Assembly: GCA_000146465.1 (NCBI GenBank)
Contig: CP001952.1
DNA: 64,000 nt
Direction: 5' to 3' (one strand)
A model generated the notes under the pieces. It did not search any database, was not told the DNA's origin, and saw only the letters and a list, made by a program, of their open reading frames with translations. Position 1 is the stretch's first letter, and the number at the start of each line of letters is the position of its first letter. The translations under genes and the position numbers were made by a program. Positions 9,582-19,826 of this stretch are shown here, piece after piece.

Positions 9582-10673
9582 ATGGGGATTTCAGGGCTTT
9601 TACCTATTGTGGCTTCCAAGCTGGTGAAGATGCATATATCAAGCTATCGCCACAAGAGGTTAGGAATAGACGGCCATGCATGGCTATATCAAATTCTCTC
9701 TTGCGTGGCAGAAGAGATGTTTTTCAGGATTCCTACCAAAAGATATGTAAGCATGTTTGAGGAGAAGGTGAAGCTACTAGAAAACTATGGAATCACACCA
9801 ATTATTGTTTTGGATGGGGATTTGCTGTCCAGTAAGGAAGAGACAAACAGAAAAAGACAGATCAGAAAAGAAAAGAGTAGAAAAGAGGCTGAGTATTGGC
9901 TAATGAAGAATGATCCTGAAAAGGCCAAAGCATTTATGCGGCAGTGCATAAGTGTCACAAGAGGAGTGGTGTCTGACATTACGAAGATGTTGGAAAGAAT
10001 AGATGTTGAGTATATTATTTCGCCCTACGAGTCCGATGCCCAACTCTGCTATTTGGAGAGAATAGGGTACATAGACTACATTCTCACAGAGGATAGCGAT
10101 TTAATTCCTTATGGGTCGAATAGGATACTTTATAAGTTTGACAACACCTTTGTACGGGAATTTAGTAGGAGCTGCCTTGCCGAGGTAAGAGGTAAAGATT
10201 TTGAAGAGAATATTCTCGACATCTCCATACTGAGTGGATGCGACTACCTGTCTTCCATACAAGGTGTTGGCATTGTAACTGCCCACAAGCTTCTCTCCAG
10301 GGAAAGAACAATTGAAAGGGTGGTTGAATATCTGAAACACCGAAAGCCTGTCCCAAAGAACTATTTAGATGACTTTTTCAAAGCAAGAAAGACATTTCTG
10401 TACCAGATTGTATATGATCCCATAGAACGAAAGAGAAGGTATCTCCAGGACGTAACGGAGGAAATGGAATTTTTGGGCTCCTTGAAGGAGGAGGAGTATA
10501 AGGTTGAGGAAGGACCTCTGGGATTGTTTTTCAAGTCTTGCATGCAGACAAAAACAGTCAAGAGGCATTTTGTCCCTTCTCCAAAGAAGGTGATACCCGA
10601 GGTGATGAAAATAAAAAGAAGAGAGGAGTTCATCAAGGTAGATGCCCACATACACTCTCCATATTTTAAGTAA
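9582..10673 (+). CDS. XPG-family 5' nuclease, EXO1-like
   Basis: N-terminal MGISGLLPIV (EXO1 MGIQGLLP), an XPG-N region, XPG-I acidic residues (ILTEDSDLIPYG) and an H3TH region. Confidence 0.7.
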   Translation: MGISGLLPIVASKLVKMHISSYRHKRLGIDGHAWLYQILSCVAEEMFFRIPTKRYVSMFEEKVKLLENYGITPIIVLDGDLLSSKEETNRKRQIRKEKSRKEAEYWLMKNDPEKAKAFMRQCISVTRGVVSDITKMLERIDVEYIISPYESDAQLCYLERIGYIDYILTEDSDLIPYGSNRILYKFDNTFVREFSRSCLAEVRGKDFEENILDISILSGCDYLSSIQGVGIVTAHKLLSRERTIERVVEYLKHRKPVPKNYLDDFFKARKTFLYQIVYDPIERKRRYLQDVTEEMEFLGSLKEEEYKVEEGPLGLFFKSCMQTKTVKRHFVPSPKKVIPEVMKIKRREEFIKVDAHIHSPYFK

Positions 10674-10819
10674 TAAAATTGAAGAATCAGAAGAAAGTCT
10701 TCATCACTATTCAGCCAGGGATAACTTTGACTTCATCACTTTCTTGGGGTGATTCTTTTCACGTTTCTTATTGTTCTTACAAGCCGGGAAATGTTGTTAT
10801 GATACAAAAGACTGCTTTA

Positions 10820-12310
10820 TTACCTTGTGTTTCTGCCAAACGAATTTTGGTTTGGACTTCTGTAAGGAAGGGTGAACTTCGCGCCCAAGAAGATGTGGTC
10901 CGAAGGAAAATGCATGTTGGGAAGGCCTGCTATGTTTTCTGCATATTCATCCTCGACCGGAGCCAGTACAGACGTTAACGTTACTTTACTGTCATAAAAT
11001 ATGTAGTCAATAACATCCTTGAAGAGAGGTGTAAAGTTTGTGAATCCAAGGTCTTGGTTCCGATACGAGTCGTTGAGCTTTAGACCCTCGCCAAACTCCT
11101 GGCTGGAAAGATGGTGCATAGTTCCTCGAAAGTCTGCTAAATCTATTGTTTGGGTTGTTATTGACTTGTAGACAGATGAGGATTTGAGGGAGTTGAAGTC
11201 TCCCTGCAGTAGCAGACATGCATTTGGATGCCGAGAACTGATCTTTCTTACTTCTTCAATCAGGAGGATCACTTGAAGCAGCTTTACATCGGAATAATCG
11301 GGATCCCAAAATATATGAGTGTTCACCACCAGAACCTGCTGTCCATTGGGTCTCTCAAGAAGAGCTCCAATGGCTATATTGTCTTTCTTTCCATACCTAT
11401 CGAGGAGCTCCTGATTGATGTTGAACCTTGTGTCCTGAGTTATCTTCTGGCAGAAATCAATTGGAAATTGCGCAATCAATCTGAACTTGCTCCTCCTCCA
11501 AAAGATTGCACATCCATCCACATTCTTCTTGTCTGCAACGTTTTTAATCCTTCCTCGAGGATAGATGATTGAGTCGTAGTTGCATCTCATCTCAAGTTGC
11601 TCCTTGTAGAAGTCGAAGAAACTATACAGTTCTATCTCTTGGAGACACAATATGTCCACGTTGTACAGAACTATTTCCTGGAGAATCCCTTCTCTTCGGA
11701 ACTCTGGATTGATCACCCACGATGGCGCATAGGTCGACCTTGCAGCCCAGACATTCGACAGAATATTGAAGGTTCCGACGCTTATTGTGTCGCCATACAA
11801 AACGTCCTTATTTAAACACTCGATCCATGGCCTATCGTTTGGTGGAGGATATCCTGTGTTGTGCTCTCTGCAGAACTGAAGAAGCTTCTTTTCTCTCAGA
11901 AGAGTGTTGAATGGCACTATCAACGGGTTGTTGGATATTTCAAGGACTTCCAGGTTATACAAGGTCCCTATTTCCATGGGAATATTTGAAATCAAGTTAT
12001 CATTTAGGTTAAGCTCCTTCAAGCTAACAATTTTCCCGATATCTGGTGGAATGCTTCTAATCTTATTTTTACTAAGATTCAAGACTTCAAGATGTCTCAG
12101 CTTGCATATCTCCTTTGGAATCACCTCTATCTCGTTATTTGTAAAGTTCAGGACTCTGATGAACCTCATGTCAAATAGAGACCTGGATATATTTCTTATT
12201 CCTTGGGAGCAGAGGTCCAAGGCAGTCCAAGGATCCTCTTGGGCCTCTGTAGTTTTTTCAAAAAACTTTCTTCTTAATGCTAAGCATTCCTCTGCCATGC
12301 CCAAGGGCAT
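10820..12310 (-). CDS. CCR4: CCR4 deadenylase (CCR4-NOT complex): N-terminal LRR plus EEP nuclease domain
   Basis: Leucine-rich repeats (LNFTNNEIEVIPKEICKLRHLEVLNLSKNKIRSIPPDIGKIVSLKELNLNDNLISNIP) followed by an endonuclease/exonuclease/phosphatase domain (ILCLQE...NTHIFWDP...SDHIFL). Confidence 0.8.
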   Translation of the reverse strand: MPLGMAEECLALRRKFFEKTTEAQEDPWTALDLCSQGIRNISRSLFDMRFIRVLNFTNNEIEVIPKEICKLRHLEVLNLSKNKIRSIPPDIGKIVSLKELNLNDNLISNIPMEIGTLYNLEVLEISNNPLIVPFNTLLREKKLLQFCREHNTGYPPPNDRPWIECLNKDVLYGDTISVGTFNILSNVWAARSTYAPSWVINPEFRREGILQEIVLYNVDILCLQEIELYSFFDFYKEQLEMRCNYDSIIYPRGRIKNVADKKNVDGCAIFWRRSKFRLIAQFPIDFCQKITQDTRFNINQELLDRYGKKDNIAIGALLERPNGQQVLVVNTHIFWDPDYSDVKLLQVILLIEEVRKISSRHPNACLLLQGDFNSLKSSSVYKSITTQTIDLADFRGTMHHLSSQEFGEGLKLNDSYRNQDLGFTNFTPLFKDVIDYIFYDSKVTLTSVLAPVEDEYAENIAGLPNMHFPSDHIFLGAKFTLPYRSPNQNSFGRNTR

Positions 12311-12401
12311 TCCCGGGAAAAACTTTCACAATCGGTACAAAAATTTGTAATCTCAAGGCCATTCTCGAAATCGTCGGCAAGTCTAAGATTCCTAAGCGTC
12401 T

Positions 12402-12938
12402 TTAATTCTTGGTGTGATGGTTAACATCAACAATATAATTCTTTCCGAGTAGCTTGTTGAGGCCAGCCCCTATGGTATCCATCTCGGCTCTACTGAAGGA
12501 TGTCCTTCTCTCCAGAAGAACATTTACAACCATATCATCAACTCCCCGGACATCTGTCCTTGTTCCTGTGAGTAGAAACGGGAAACAGGCATTGGCCAGC
12601 CATTCCTTCTCAATCTCCTTTGGCTTACAATGGGCTCCTTCCGGGACATCGCTCTCAATCTCGAAGTTTCTAATGAAAATTATATAGTAATCGTGGAACT
12701 GCTGCTTGGCTGCCTTGATGATATTGCTGTAGTTCATCTGCACCCCATGAAGAATACTCTTTGGAACCTTAACAACCATAACCTTCTCTCCTCCGTCGCA
12801 TATTATTATCTGGATGGCTATCTTCCCAAAAAGCTCGGGTCGAACAGAAATATCCTTTGTATACTTCTTGATGATCTCGGAAATATTCGCTTCAGCCTCG
12901 GTTTGTGTGCTCATAGACAAAGGGTGAAAATTTTTCAT
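12402..12938 (-). CDS. RPS7: 40S ribosomal protein S7e
   Basis: DGGEKVMVVKVPKSILHGVQ...AKQQFHDYYIIFIRNFEI parallels RPS7 [23 protein letters not shown]...EKKFSGKHVVFIAQRRI, and FPFLLTGTRTDVRGVDDMVVNVLLE parallels [25 protein letters not shown]. The start may be the internal MSTQT (about 12914). Confidence 0.55.
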   Translation of the reverse strand: MKNFHPLSMSTQTEAEANISEIIKKYTKDISVRPELFGKIAIQIIICDGGEKVMVVKVPKSILHGVQMNYSNIIKAAKQQFHDYYIIFIRNFEIESDVPEGAHCKPKEIEKEWLANACFPFLLTGTRTDVRGVDDMVVNVLLERRTSFSRAEMDTIGAGLNKLLGKNYIVDVNHHTKN

Positions 12939-13004
12939 CTTTTTGAGGAGAGCTTAACGGCCGTCCTGATCGGAAATCAAAACCTATGAACAAAACAGTC
13001 TCCT

Positions 13005-15176
13005 TTATTCGCTATTGAAAACAACAACCCTACGCAACGCCTCCTCAAACTTCTCATAGTTGATGTTCTCTGTAATTATAGAGCCTCCTCCGCTGGGATT
13101 AACATAGTGGTGGAGAATCCTTTGCTGCGACTTGTTCTGCTCGGTAATGCAGAACTGGGGTGTTGGCAGTCTTTCGTTGCATAAGGTTCGGGCTCTTTCC
13201 TCGCTGCTCTTCAATATATTCTTGAGGAACTCGTATTCCGCCTGTTCATGGTATCCTTCTTTGACCCACTGTGCAACATACTCTCCTCTCCATACAACTA
13301 CGTTGTGGAATGTATCCAGGACAAGAACCACATCTGGCATCAAAGACTTACTGTCTACTTCCACCGCTTCAACCCCGCCTTGATAGTGGTATGAAACAAG
13401 CGTAGGCTTGATGAGCTTCAGTGCATCCGACACTTTTTGGTTGTACAGAAGTGATGAGTAGTATGCTGTTTCATCAGGAGAGTTGTTTCCTGTTTGGACC
13501 AGGAGACTCCTTCGGAAAAAGAACATATAGTTTGGATAGTATGCCATGGAATCGGGAAGAGACAACGAAGAAGGCTCCCCCTTATCGTATCTGGCAAACG
13601 TCTTAGTGAATCTGATAAGGTTCTTATCGATCATTCTTTCACAGTCCTTTATCTCCTCATATTTCTTTAGAAGGAGGAATCTAGCTTGAAAGACTGCAAC
13701 TGCTTCCTGGTCGAATCCACATACTACATCCTCCCTTGAATCTGTAAATAGTCGAGCAAAAGTTGTTACCCTCACCAGAAGTTTCTTATCACTTCTTTGA
13801 TATTGCGTAACCAGCTGTACATATCCAAACTCCCCATGCTTTGCATCTGGCTTTTTATCAAGAAGAATCGAAATGTTTGTGCATGGAAATATAGATCCTA
13901 TTCTCCAGCATCCTCCTAAGGATCTTCCCTGCCCAATAATCCCCTTGTATTCGAGATTCTTACTTGTCTTAACTTGTATCTTTGCATTAAATCCTTGTGC
14001 CAGGTATCCTTCCTTGCTTCTATTCAGTACTTTATTACATGATGAGATATAAATATCTCTGTCAAAGTCCTGTGCCATTATAAGCATCCCTCCAGTCATT
14101 GTGGTCAACCGCTCCATGTGGCATATTCCAACATCAACAATTGTGGCTGCAAGAATGTCAAGACTGTGCCCTACACTATTCATCCTTTCCGCAAGCCCTG
14201 TATAGAACTTTCTTGCAGGCCCTGCATACATCGGATCATTTTCCTCAAGATGTTCGTTTCTTCCCTTCTCCTTAAATTTTATAGGTGTTGTCGTCCCAGG
14301 CCCGAATGTGCAGGGTCCTTGTGTAAACAGAAGGTACTTTACAGCCGTATCAGGAAAGCTTGTTTCTAACAGCGAAAGAGCCAACGACACGGCAGAGCCC
14401 GTACATCTTACAGGCTTGTATGCAGGAAGAACAGGAAATGGATCCTTCTCAAGACCTTCCACTATGTTCTGTAGAAAGTCACGGCATTCCTCTTTTCTCC
14501 TCAGAAACCTTCCCACAACTTGCGATTCAGACTTCGAGGCTGCATTCAAGGACTTGAGGACTTCTGCTGTATATTCCTTCTTGCCAGAAAACAGATGTGT
14601 TTTCCGTGGCGATGCCGTACTTAGCTCCAGAAGTTCGATGTTTGTTCCATACTTGATAAGCCCAATTAGAGCATCTTCGGGAATCCCCTCCACCACCGTC
14701 TTAAGTGCATCCTTAAGAAGTATGTGTCTCTGCTCATCAAACGTGCATATGTCAACAATAAGAAAGAATACCGTAGGAAACACGCTTTCCCTATTCAAAA
14801 CATATTCAATTGTCGAATTCTGTGGTAATAGCTCAGGCAGAAGATTGTCTGGTGTTATTCCTCGTGCATGGCTTGGTAGCGCTGTATTGTTGTTGCATAT
14901 TATACAGTTCCAGGTTTGTCTCCCAAAGTCGATGTTACAATGAGGATTTAGGACACTTTTACAACTCATGCAGTATATGGGCTCACATTCAAGAACCCCC
15001 GTCTCCTGATGAATGTTGTACAAACATGCTAATGGAACCTTTGTTGTAGCATCTCCCTTGGAAGGCCATACATTCCAGGTAAGCCTTATTCCATCATTTT
15101 CCTCTATGTTTCTAATCTCCTCCTCCATAAGGGTTAACAAAAATTTCTGTAAACATCTTAAGCCAAGGACTTCCAT
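13005..15176 (-). CDS. SEC23: COPII coat subunit Sec23
   Basis: N-terminus IRLTWNVWPSKGDATTKVPLACLYN, a CX2C...CX2C zinc finger, then trunk, helical and gelsolin-like regions colinear with Sec23. Confidence 0.85.
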   Translation of the reverse strand: MEVLGLRCLQKFLLTLMEEEIRNIEENDGIRLTWNVWPSKGDATTKVPLACLYNIHQETGVLECEPIYCMSCKSVLNPHCNIDFGRQTWNCIICNNNTALPSHARGITPDNLLPELLPQNSTIEYVLNRESVFPTVFFLIVDICTFDEQRHILLKDALKTVVEGIPEDALIGLIKYGTNIELLELSTASPRKTHLFSGKKEYTAEVLKSLNAASKSESQVVGRFLRRKEECRDFLQNIVEGLEKDPFPVLPAYKPVRCTGSAVSLALSLLETSFPDTAVKYLLFTQGPCTFGPGTTTPIKFKEKGRNEHLEENDPMYAGPARKFYTGLAERMNSVGHSLDILAATIVDVGICHMERLTTMTGGMLIMAQDFDRDIYISSCNKVLNRSKEGYLAQGFNAKIQVKTSKNLEYKGIIGQGRSLGGCWRIGSIFPCTNISILLDKKPDAKHGEFGYVQLVTQYQRSDKKLLVRVTTFARLFTDSREDVVCGFDQEAVAVFQARFLLLKKYEEIKDCERMIDKNLIRFTKTFARYDKGEPSSLSLPDSMAYYPNYMFFFRRSLLVQTGNNSPDETAYYSSLLYNQKVSDALKLIKPTLVSYHYQGGVEAVEVDSKSLMPDVVLVLDTFHNVVVWRGEYVAQWVKEGYHEQAEYEFLKNILKSSEERARTLCNERLPTPQFCITEQNKSQQRILHHYVNPSGGGSIITENINYEKFEEALRRVVVFNSE

Positions 15177-15258
15177 AAGATCGCCCTTAATTCCTTCTGG
15201 TCCAAGACATCCCAGTGCTTTTCAAGAAACATGTTCTCCATTCAAATTCTATCCAGCA

Positions 15259-17328
15259 TCATCGAGTTATCTTGTACATTCCTGCACCTTTCTTTATGAT
15301 AAGCCCGTTGTGGTTGAGTGCTTCTATAAAATCATTGGCAGGCTTTCCGGAATCAAAAGATATTATTAGTCTACGTAGCTCCTCAACACTAACTACCCAT
15401 TCTCCCTTCTTCCTTCCATATTCCTTAAGCACCTGAGAAAAATCCCCATTTCTTCTACTATTAGACATCTTTTCTCTAGGAACAAACGTCCTCCTATGTA
15501 GTTCGATACAAAAAACTGCATCTGCTCTTGTAGCTATACTCCTCAATTCTGCTTTCGCTCGAGCTTCTGTTAGTCTAATCAACGACTCCAGATCCCTTGC
15601 AGAAACCCCTCCCTGCTTCCGGATCTCAACATAATATTCTCTTATGGCTTCTTTTGCCGATTTGCTCAGAACAGGAAACACATTTGCACGTGCATAGGAA
15701 ATATACTTCCTCATTATCTCCATTGGATAAACATCTCCTCTACTTCGGACTTCCTCAATAAAGTCATCTCTTCTAATCGTCTCCATAATATCGTCAAATT
15801 CACTTCCTATTCCTGGAGACAATGTCTGCCTTTTCTTCAGAATTTGCCCAGATATCATGTAGCTCTCCTTTTCAGACAGGTCGTCTAGAAGGAGAAAGAC
15901 AAGATCAAACCTTGACAAAAGGCCTGGGTCAAATCTTATGTTTTCCATCATTGATTTGGTTCTATCGAAGTGTCCATGCCTTGGATTAGTTGCTGCTATC
16001 ACAGTAGACCTTGTTGGAACACTACAGATCACTCCTCCCTTTGCTATGCTTACTTTCTGATCTTCCATGGCTTCAAATAAAGCTGCATGGTCGTCTATCT
16101 TGTCAAACTCATCCAAACAGCATATTCCATTGTCGGCCACCACCAGTGCTCCTGCATCCGCCATATATTCCCCAGAAACAGGATCGTGTGTCAAGGAAAC
16201 CGTTAATCCAGCTGTTGTGGTGAAGCTCCCACTCACGTAACTGCTCTTCGGAAGAATACTACATGTCCCCAACAGCAGCCTGCTTTTTCCAAGCCCGGGA
16301 TCTCCGATTATAAGGACATGTGTTTCAGACCTAATCAGATGCTGTCCTGCCATCTTCCTGGTTCCCCCAAATAAAGAAAGCACTAGTCCGATCTTTATCA
16401 GTTCATTTCCATACACGGACGAATAAAGCGAGCGCACAAGAGAGGCCAGCGTGTTTTTTCCCTTTGCTATTCTTCTAAATTCCGCAAAGTCTCTACTTTG
16501 ATATTCCAGGCTCTCTATAAAAAAATTCTTGTTCTTGACAATTTGAAGATTGTTTATATGGACCATCAATCTGTAGAGGCCGTCGTTTTCTAATTCAACT
16601 CCAAGCACTCCTACAATCTGCACAATGTCTCCTGGCACTAGAATCCCCACAAATTCATCGTAAAGAATGCAGTCCACAGCCTTTGGGATTCCCTTTCCAT
16701 CTTCTCCTATTCCCCCATAGAGCTCCTGTATTTTGATTTCCTGCATGTCTCTGCATTCCATCTCTGGATGATTTCGCATAAGAACAAAACTCCTTGAGTT
16801 ACACGAACCTTTGCATCCTGCCGGAGGTCTGTAAACGTTGTTCTTTACATTCACGTATATTACGTCTCCACACTTGGAACACTCAAAAAACATCTTACTG
16901 ATAATTACTCTTCTGAACCCCACTCGGCATACTGTTCCTGCCATAAAGACCAGCTTCCCAAGATTGGCTCTGTCAACATCTCCAAAATTTCCTTCCTTGT
17001 TCACTGTCTCGACCCTAGTACAGATCTTTACCGACAAATACCCTTTGTCATAGAGTAGCTCGGAAACAGCACAGGAAACACACAGAAGTAAGTTTCCTGC
17101 GTTTGTATCAAGAAGATTCTTTTCAACAAGACTCTCGAGATACTGCTCCGATATATAGTAGACTCTTGCTTCTAGAATCCTCTCCAGTTTATCCTCTGAT
17201 AAAACGTCTTTCAATTTCTTCTTTACTGCAAGTATTATCTGGACAAGCTCGTTGAAAGCAGTGAACTCTTCCTCGGGGAAATACATGTTCCATGTTTCTA
17301 TGTGCATCCCCTTGGATCTAGTACTCAT
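15259..17328 (-). CDS. MCM-family replicative helicase subunit (MCM2-7 paralog not assigned)
   Basis: MCM box IIGDPGLGKSRLL...CCLDEFDKIDD...VIAATNP and an N-terminal C4 zinc finger (CSKCGD...CKGSC). Confidence 0.8.
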   Translation of the reverse strand: MSTRSKGMHIETWNMYFPEEEFTAFNELVQIILAVKKKLKDVLSEDKLERILEARVYYISEQYLESLVEKNLLDTNAGNLLLCVSCAVSELLYDKGYLSVKICTRVETVNKEGNFGDVDRANLGKLVFMAGTVCRVGFRRVIISKMFFECSKCGDVIYVNVKNNVYRPPAGCKGSCNSRSFVLMRNHPEMECRDMQEIKIQELYGGIGEDGKGIPKAVDCILYDEFVGILVPGDIVQIVGVLGVELENDGLYRLMVHINNLQIVKNKNFFIESLEYQSRDFAEFRRIAKGKNTLASLVRSLYSSVYGNELIKIGLVLSLFGGTRKMAGQHLIRSETHVLIIGDPGLGKSRLLLGTCSILPKSSYVSGSFTTTAGLTVSLTHDPVSGEYMADAGALVVADNGICCLDEFDKIDDHAALFEAMEDQKVSIAKGGVICSVPTRSTVIAATNPRHGHFDRTKSMMENIRFDPGLLSRFDLVFLLLDDLSEKESYMISGQILKKRQTLSPGIGSEFDDIMETIRRDDFIEEVRSRGDVYPMEIMRKYISYARANVFPVLSKSAKEAIREYYVEIRKQGGVSARDLESLIRLTEARAKAELRSIATRADAVFCIELHRRTFVPREKMSNSRRNGDFSQVLKEYGRKKGEWVVSVEELRRLIISFDSGKPANDFIEALNHNGLIIKKGAGMYKITR

Positions 17329-17452
17329 TTAAATATTTCCGAGGCTTCAGGAAACCATGATGTAACCGGCTTGGATGGAAACAGAATCTTTGAATGGAAA
17401 ACACCAGCCTTTTTACCAAGAACAAAACCATCTATTTTTTTTCCCCTGGAAA

Positions 17453-18229
17453 ATGCCTCAAAACGACTTTGTGGAAAGACATATAAAAAAGTATGGAAGG
17501 CGTCTGGACCACGAGCTAAGGCAGTATAAGAAGGACAGAAGAGAAGAGAAAATGGTTTCAAGAAAGGCCGAGAAGCTGTTTGGGCTGAAGGCTAAGCTGT
17601 TTGCCAAGAAGCAGCGTGCTTCAAAGATCCAGCTAAAGAAGGATCAGAAGATGAAGGAATTCAAGGAGAAAAAGATGGAGGTTAGTATTGAGAGCAATCC
17701 ACTTCCTCACTTCCTCCTTGACAGGGAAATGGAAGAAAGGGCCAGGGACATCAACAACAAGATCAAGCAGCAGAGGCAGGAAAAGGGATCGAAGTATTCT
17801 GTTCCATTACCTAAGATTCATCCTCTCCCAGAAAAGGAAGTATTTGGGGTAGTTTCAAGCGGAAAGCGACGATCAAAGCACTGGAAGAGAATGGTTACTA
17901 AGCCTTGCTTTGTGGGAAGTGACTTCACAAGAAAACCTCCGAAGTATGAGAGATTCATAAGGCCGATGGCAATGAGATTTAGAACTGCACATGTAAGCCA
18001 TCCTGAACTGAGCTCTACATTCAATCTCAAGATAATAGGGCTAAAGAAAAATCCCCATTCCGAGGTTTATACAGGGCTTGGAATATTGAGCAAGGGGACC
18101 ATTATAGAGGTGGATGTCAGTCCCCTTGGGCTTGTCAATGGAGCAGGGAAAATCATATGGGGTAAGTATGCTCAGATAACCAACAACCCCGAGAATGACG
18201 GATGTGTGAATGCTGTTCTTCTGGTATAG
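17453..18229 (+). CDS. NSA2: ribosome biogenesis protein NSA2
   Basis: MPQNDFVERHIKKYGRRLDHELRQYKKDRRE...KIQLKKDQKMKEFKEKK matches the NSA2 N-terminus MPQNEYIEEHRKRHGRRLD. The C-terminus GKYAQITNNPENDGCVNAVLLV is also conserved. The ORF extends upstream to 17375, but homology begins at the MPQN methionine. Confidence 0.85.
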   Translation: MPQNDFVERHIKKYGRRLDHELRQYKKDRREEKMVSRKAEKLFGLKAKLFAKKQRASKIQLKKDQKMKEFKEKKMEVSIESNPLPHFLLDREMEERARDINNKIKQQRQEKGSKYSVPLPKIHPLPEKEVFGVVSSGKRRSKHWKRMVTKPCFVGSDFTRKPPKYERFIRPMAMRFRTAHVSHPELSSTFNLKIIGLKKNPHSEVYTGLGILSKGTIIEVDVSPLGLVNGAGKIIWGKYAQITNNPENDGCVNAVLLV

Positions 18230-18348
18230 AAAAGTAGATTTGCCTAAATAGATTATGTTTACAGGCTTCCTTCAACAGCTAAAGAGAGAGAAGTGGAGTG
18301 TTATCGACTTGACTAAACATATTTAGTTTTTGGAATTATTTGGATTTT

Positions 18349-19353
18349 TTACTCATCAGGGTCGTTGATACCCTGCTCGGTGATGGCAAAGACTGCCTCG
18401 GACTCGGGGAGACAGGGCGAATCATATATCTTGCATATCCTTGTTTCTCCTCTCCCCTTACGCAGATACAATCTTGTTGTGCTTGCATGTGCCATAATGT
18501 TCCCCCCTATAGGCTTCTTGATGTCTCCAGCAAACATCCCTACAGCTCCATCCACATTGGACACTACCTGATTGGTGATTATGACAGCAACCCGGAATGT
18601 CTCTGCAAGATTAACAAGACTTCGGAGATACTTTGCCAAGTGCAGCTGCCTAGCCCCAAGCTCCCCTCTCCCACTGAAGTCTGTTCTGTATAGAGCAGTT
18701 GCAGAATCAATTATAAGAACCGAATACTTTGACTCCGACATCATTGCCGATGCTTTGATTAGAAGTTGAGATTGATGGTCGGAATTATATGCTCTTGCAT
18801 ATGATATGTTGTCCATGACCTCATCTGGATCTAATCCAAATCTCTCTGCTATTGGAATGAGCCTCTCCGATCGGAATGTTCCCTCGGTGTCTATGTACAT
18901 AGCCTTTCCCCCTCCGCCTCCCTGTTCTGGAGGAAGCTGGCATGTGACAGCAACAGTATGGCAGAGCTGCGTCTTTCCTGTCCGAAACTCCCCAAAGATC
19001 TCTGTTATGCTCCCAGACTCAAATCCACCATTCAGTAACTTGTCGACCTCCGAGGATCCTGTGGTGAGGTAAACAAGCTCGGACCTTCTCTGGTGATATG
19101 CCGATGCCGTTGTAAACCCCATTGGAACCAGTTTTGCAGCCTCCTTGATTAGCTTATCCACCTTAACATCCGAAAATCCCTTTATCGAAAGAAGCTGTCT
19201 CTTCGGAGCAAATGCCAGCGACTCGACTGTTGTAAACCCTGCTTCTATCAGCTTTGCTATGTCCACAGCTAATATCCCCCCGTTCTTCAGTTCTGATATA
19301 GAGATGCTCTCGGAATGATACTCTGCGTCCTGATATTGGTACTCCTCGCTCAT
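18349..19353 (-). CDS. RAD51: RAD51 recombinase
   Basis: [76 protein letters not shown] and [24 protein letters not shown] are near-identical to RAD51. The start is taken at MSEEYQ. The longest ORF (to 19497) would overlap TAF10. Confidence 0.9.
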   Translation of the reverse strand: MSEEYQYQDAEYHSESISISELKNGGILAVDIAKLIEAGFTTVESLAFAPKRQLLSIKGFSDVKVDKLIKEAAKLVPMGFTTASAYHQRRSELVYLTTGSSEVDKLLNGGFESGSITEIFGEFRTGKTQLCHTVAVTCQLPPEQGGGGGKAMYIDTEGTFRSERLIPIAERFGLDPDEVMDNISYARAYNSDHQSQLLIKASAMMSESKYSVLIIDSATALYRTDFSGRGELGARQLHLAKYLRSLVNLAETFRVAVIITNQVVSNVDGAVGMFAGDIKKPIGGNIMAHASTTRLYLRKGRGETRICKIYDSPCLPESEAVFAITEQGINDPDE

Positions 19354-19453
19354 GGGCAAATTTTTTCTCTCCACTTTATGCGCTTGCCATTGACTCCTTG
19401 GCCCCATCATTCCATCATGAAAGGATTGTAAAAACACCCACTGAAGCAGCCCC

Positions 19454-19780
19454 ATGAAGGAGGAAGAGTTCAATGAGCTCAAGCAGAATCTAGACAACTA
19501 TACCCCCCTGCTTCCCGAATCAGTGATCGACTACTTTATGGAAAAGGCCGGAATGGTTACCTCAGACCAGAGTATGAAAAAGCTTGTTTCCCTACTGGCC
19601 CACAAGTTTGTCACCGACATCGCCATCTCTTCCTTTCAGTATCACAGAATAAACCAGAAGGCTGCACAGAAGGATAAGAGGTTTGCAAAAGAGAAGAAAC
19701 CCACATTCCAACTCATAGATCTTGAAAAGGCCCTTGAGGAGGTGGGAATAAGCATCTCAAGACCCCACTACTACATGTAG
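19454..19780 (+). CDS. TAF10: TFIID subunit TAF10 (histone fold)
   Basis: [53 protein letters not shown]...[10 protein letters not shown] matches TAF10 [22 protein letters not shown]...RLISLAAQKFISDIANDALQHCK...INVKKPHYFT. Confidence 0.75.
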   Translation: MKEEEFNELKQNLDNYTPLLPESVIDYFMEKAGMVTSDQSMKKLVSLLAHKFVTDIAISSFQYHRINQKAAQKDKRFAKEKKPTFQLIDLEKALEEVGISISRPHYYM

Positions 19781-19826
19781 ACAGGTTGCACAGAAACATA
19801 AACATTTAAAATTTTTACTAGTCTCT

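Noticed and set aside
10679-10978. 99-aa plus-strand ORF downstream of EXO1
   Set aside because: It overlaps the 3' end of the conserved CCR4 gene on the opposite strand and has no motifs.
14308-14943. 211-aa plus-strand ORF antisense to Sec23
   Set aside because: It is embedded in the conserved Sec23 coding region, with no recognisable motifs and a low-complexity translation.
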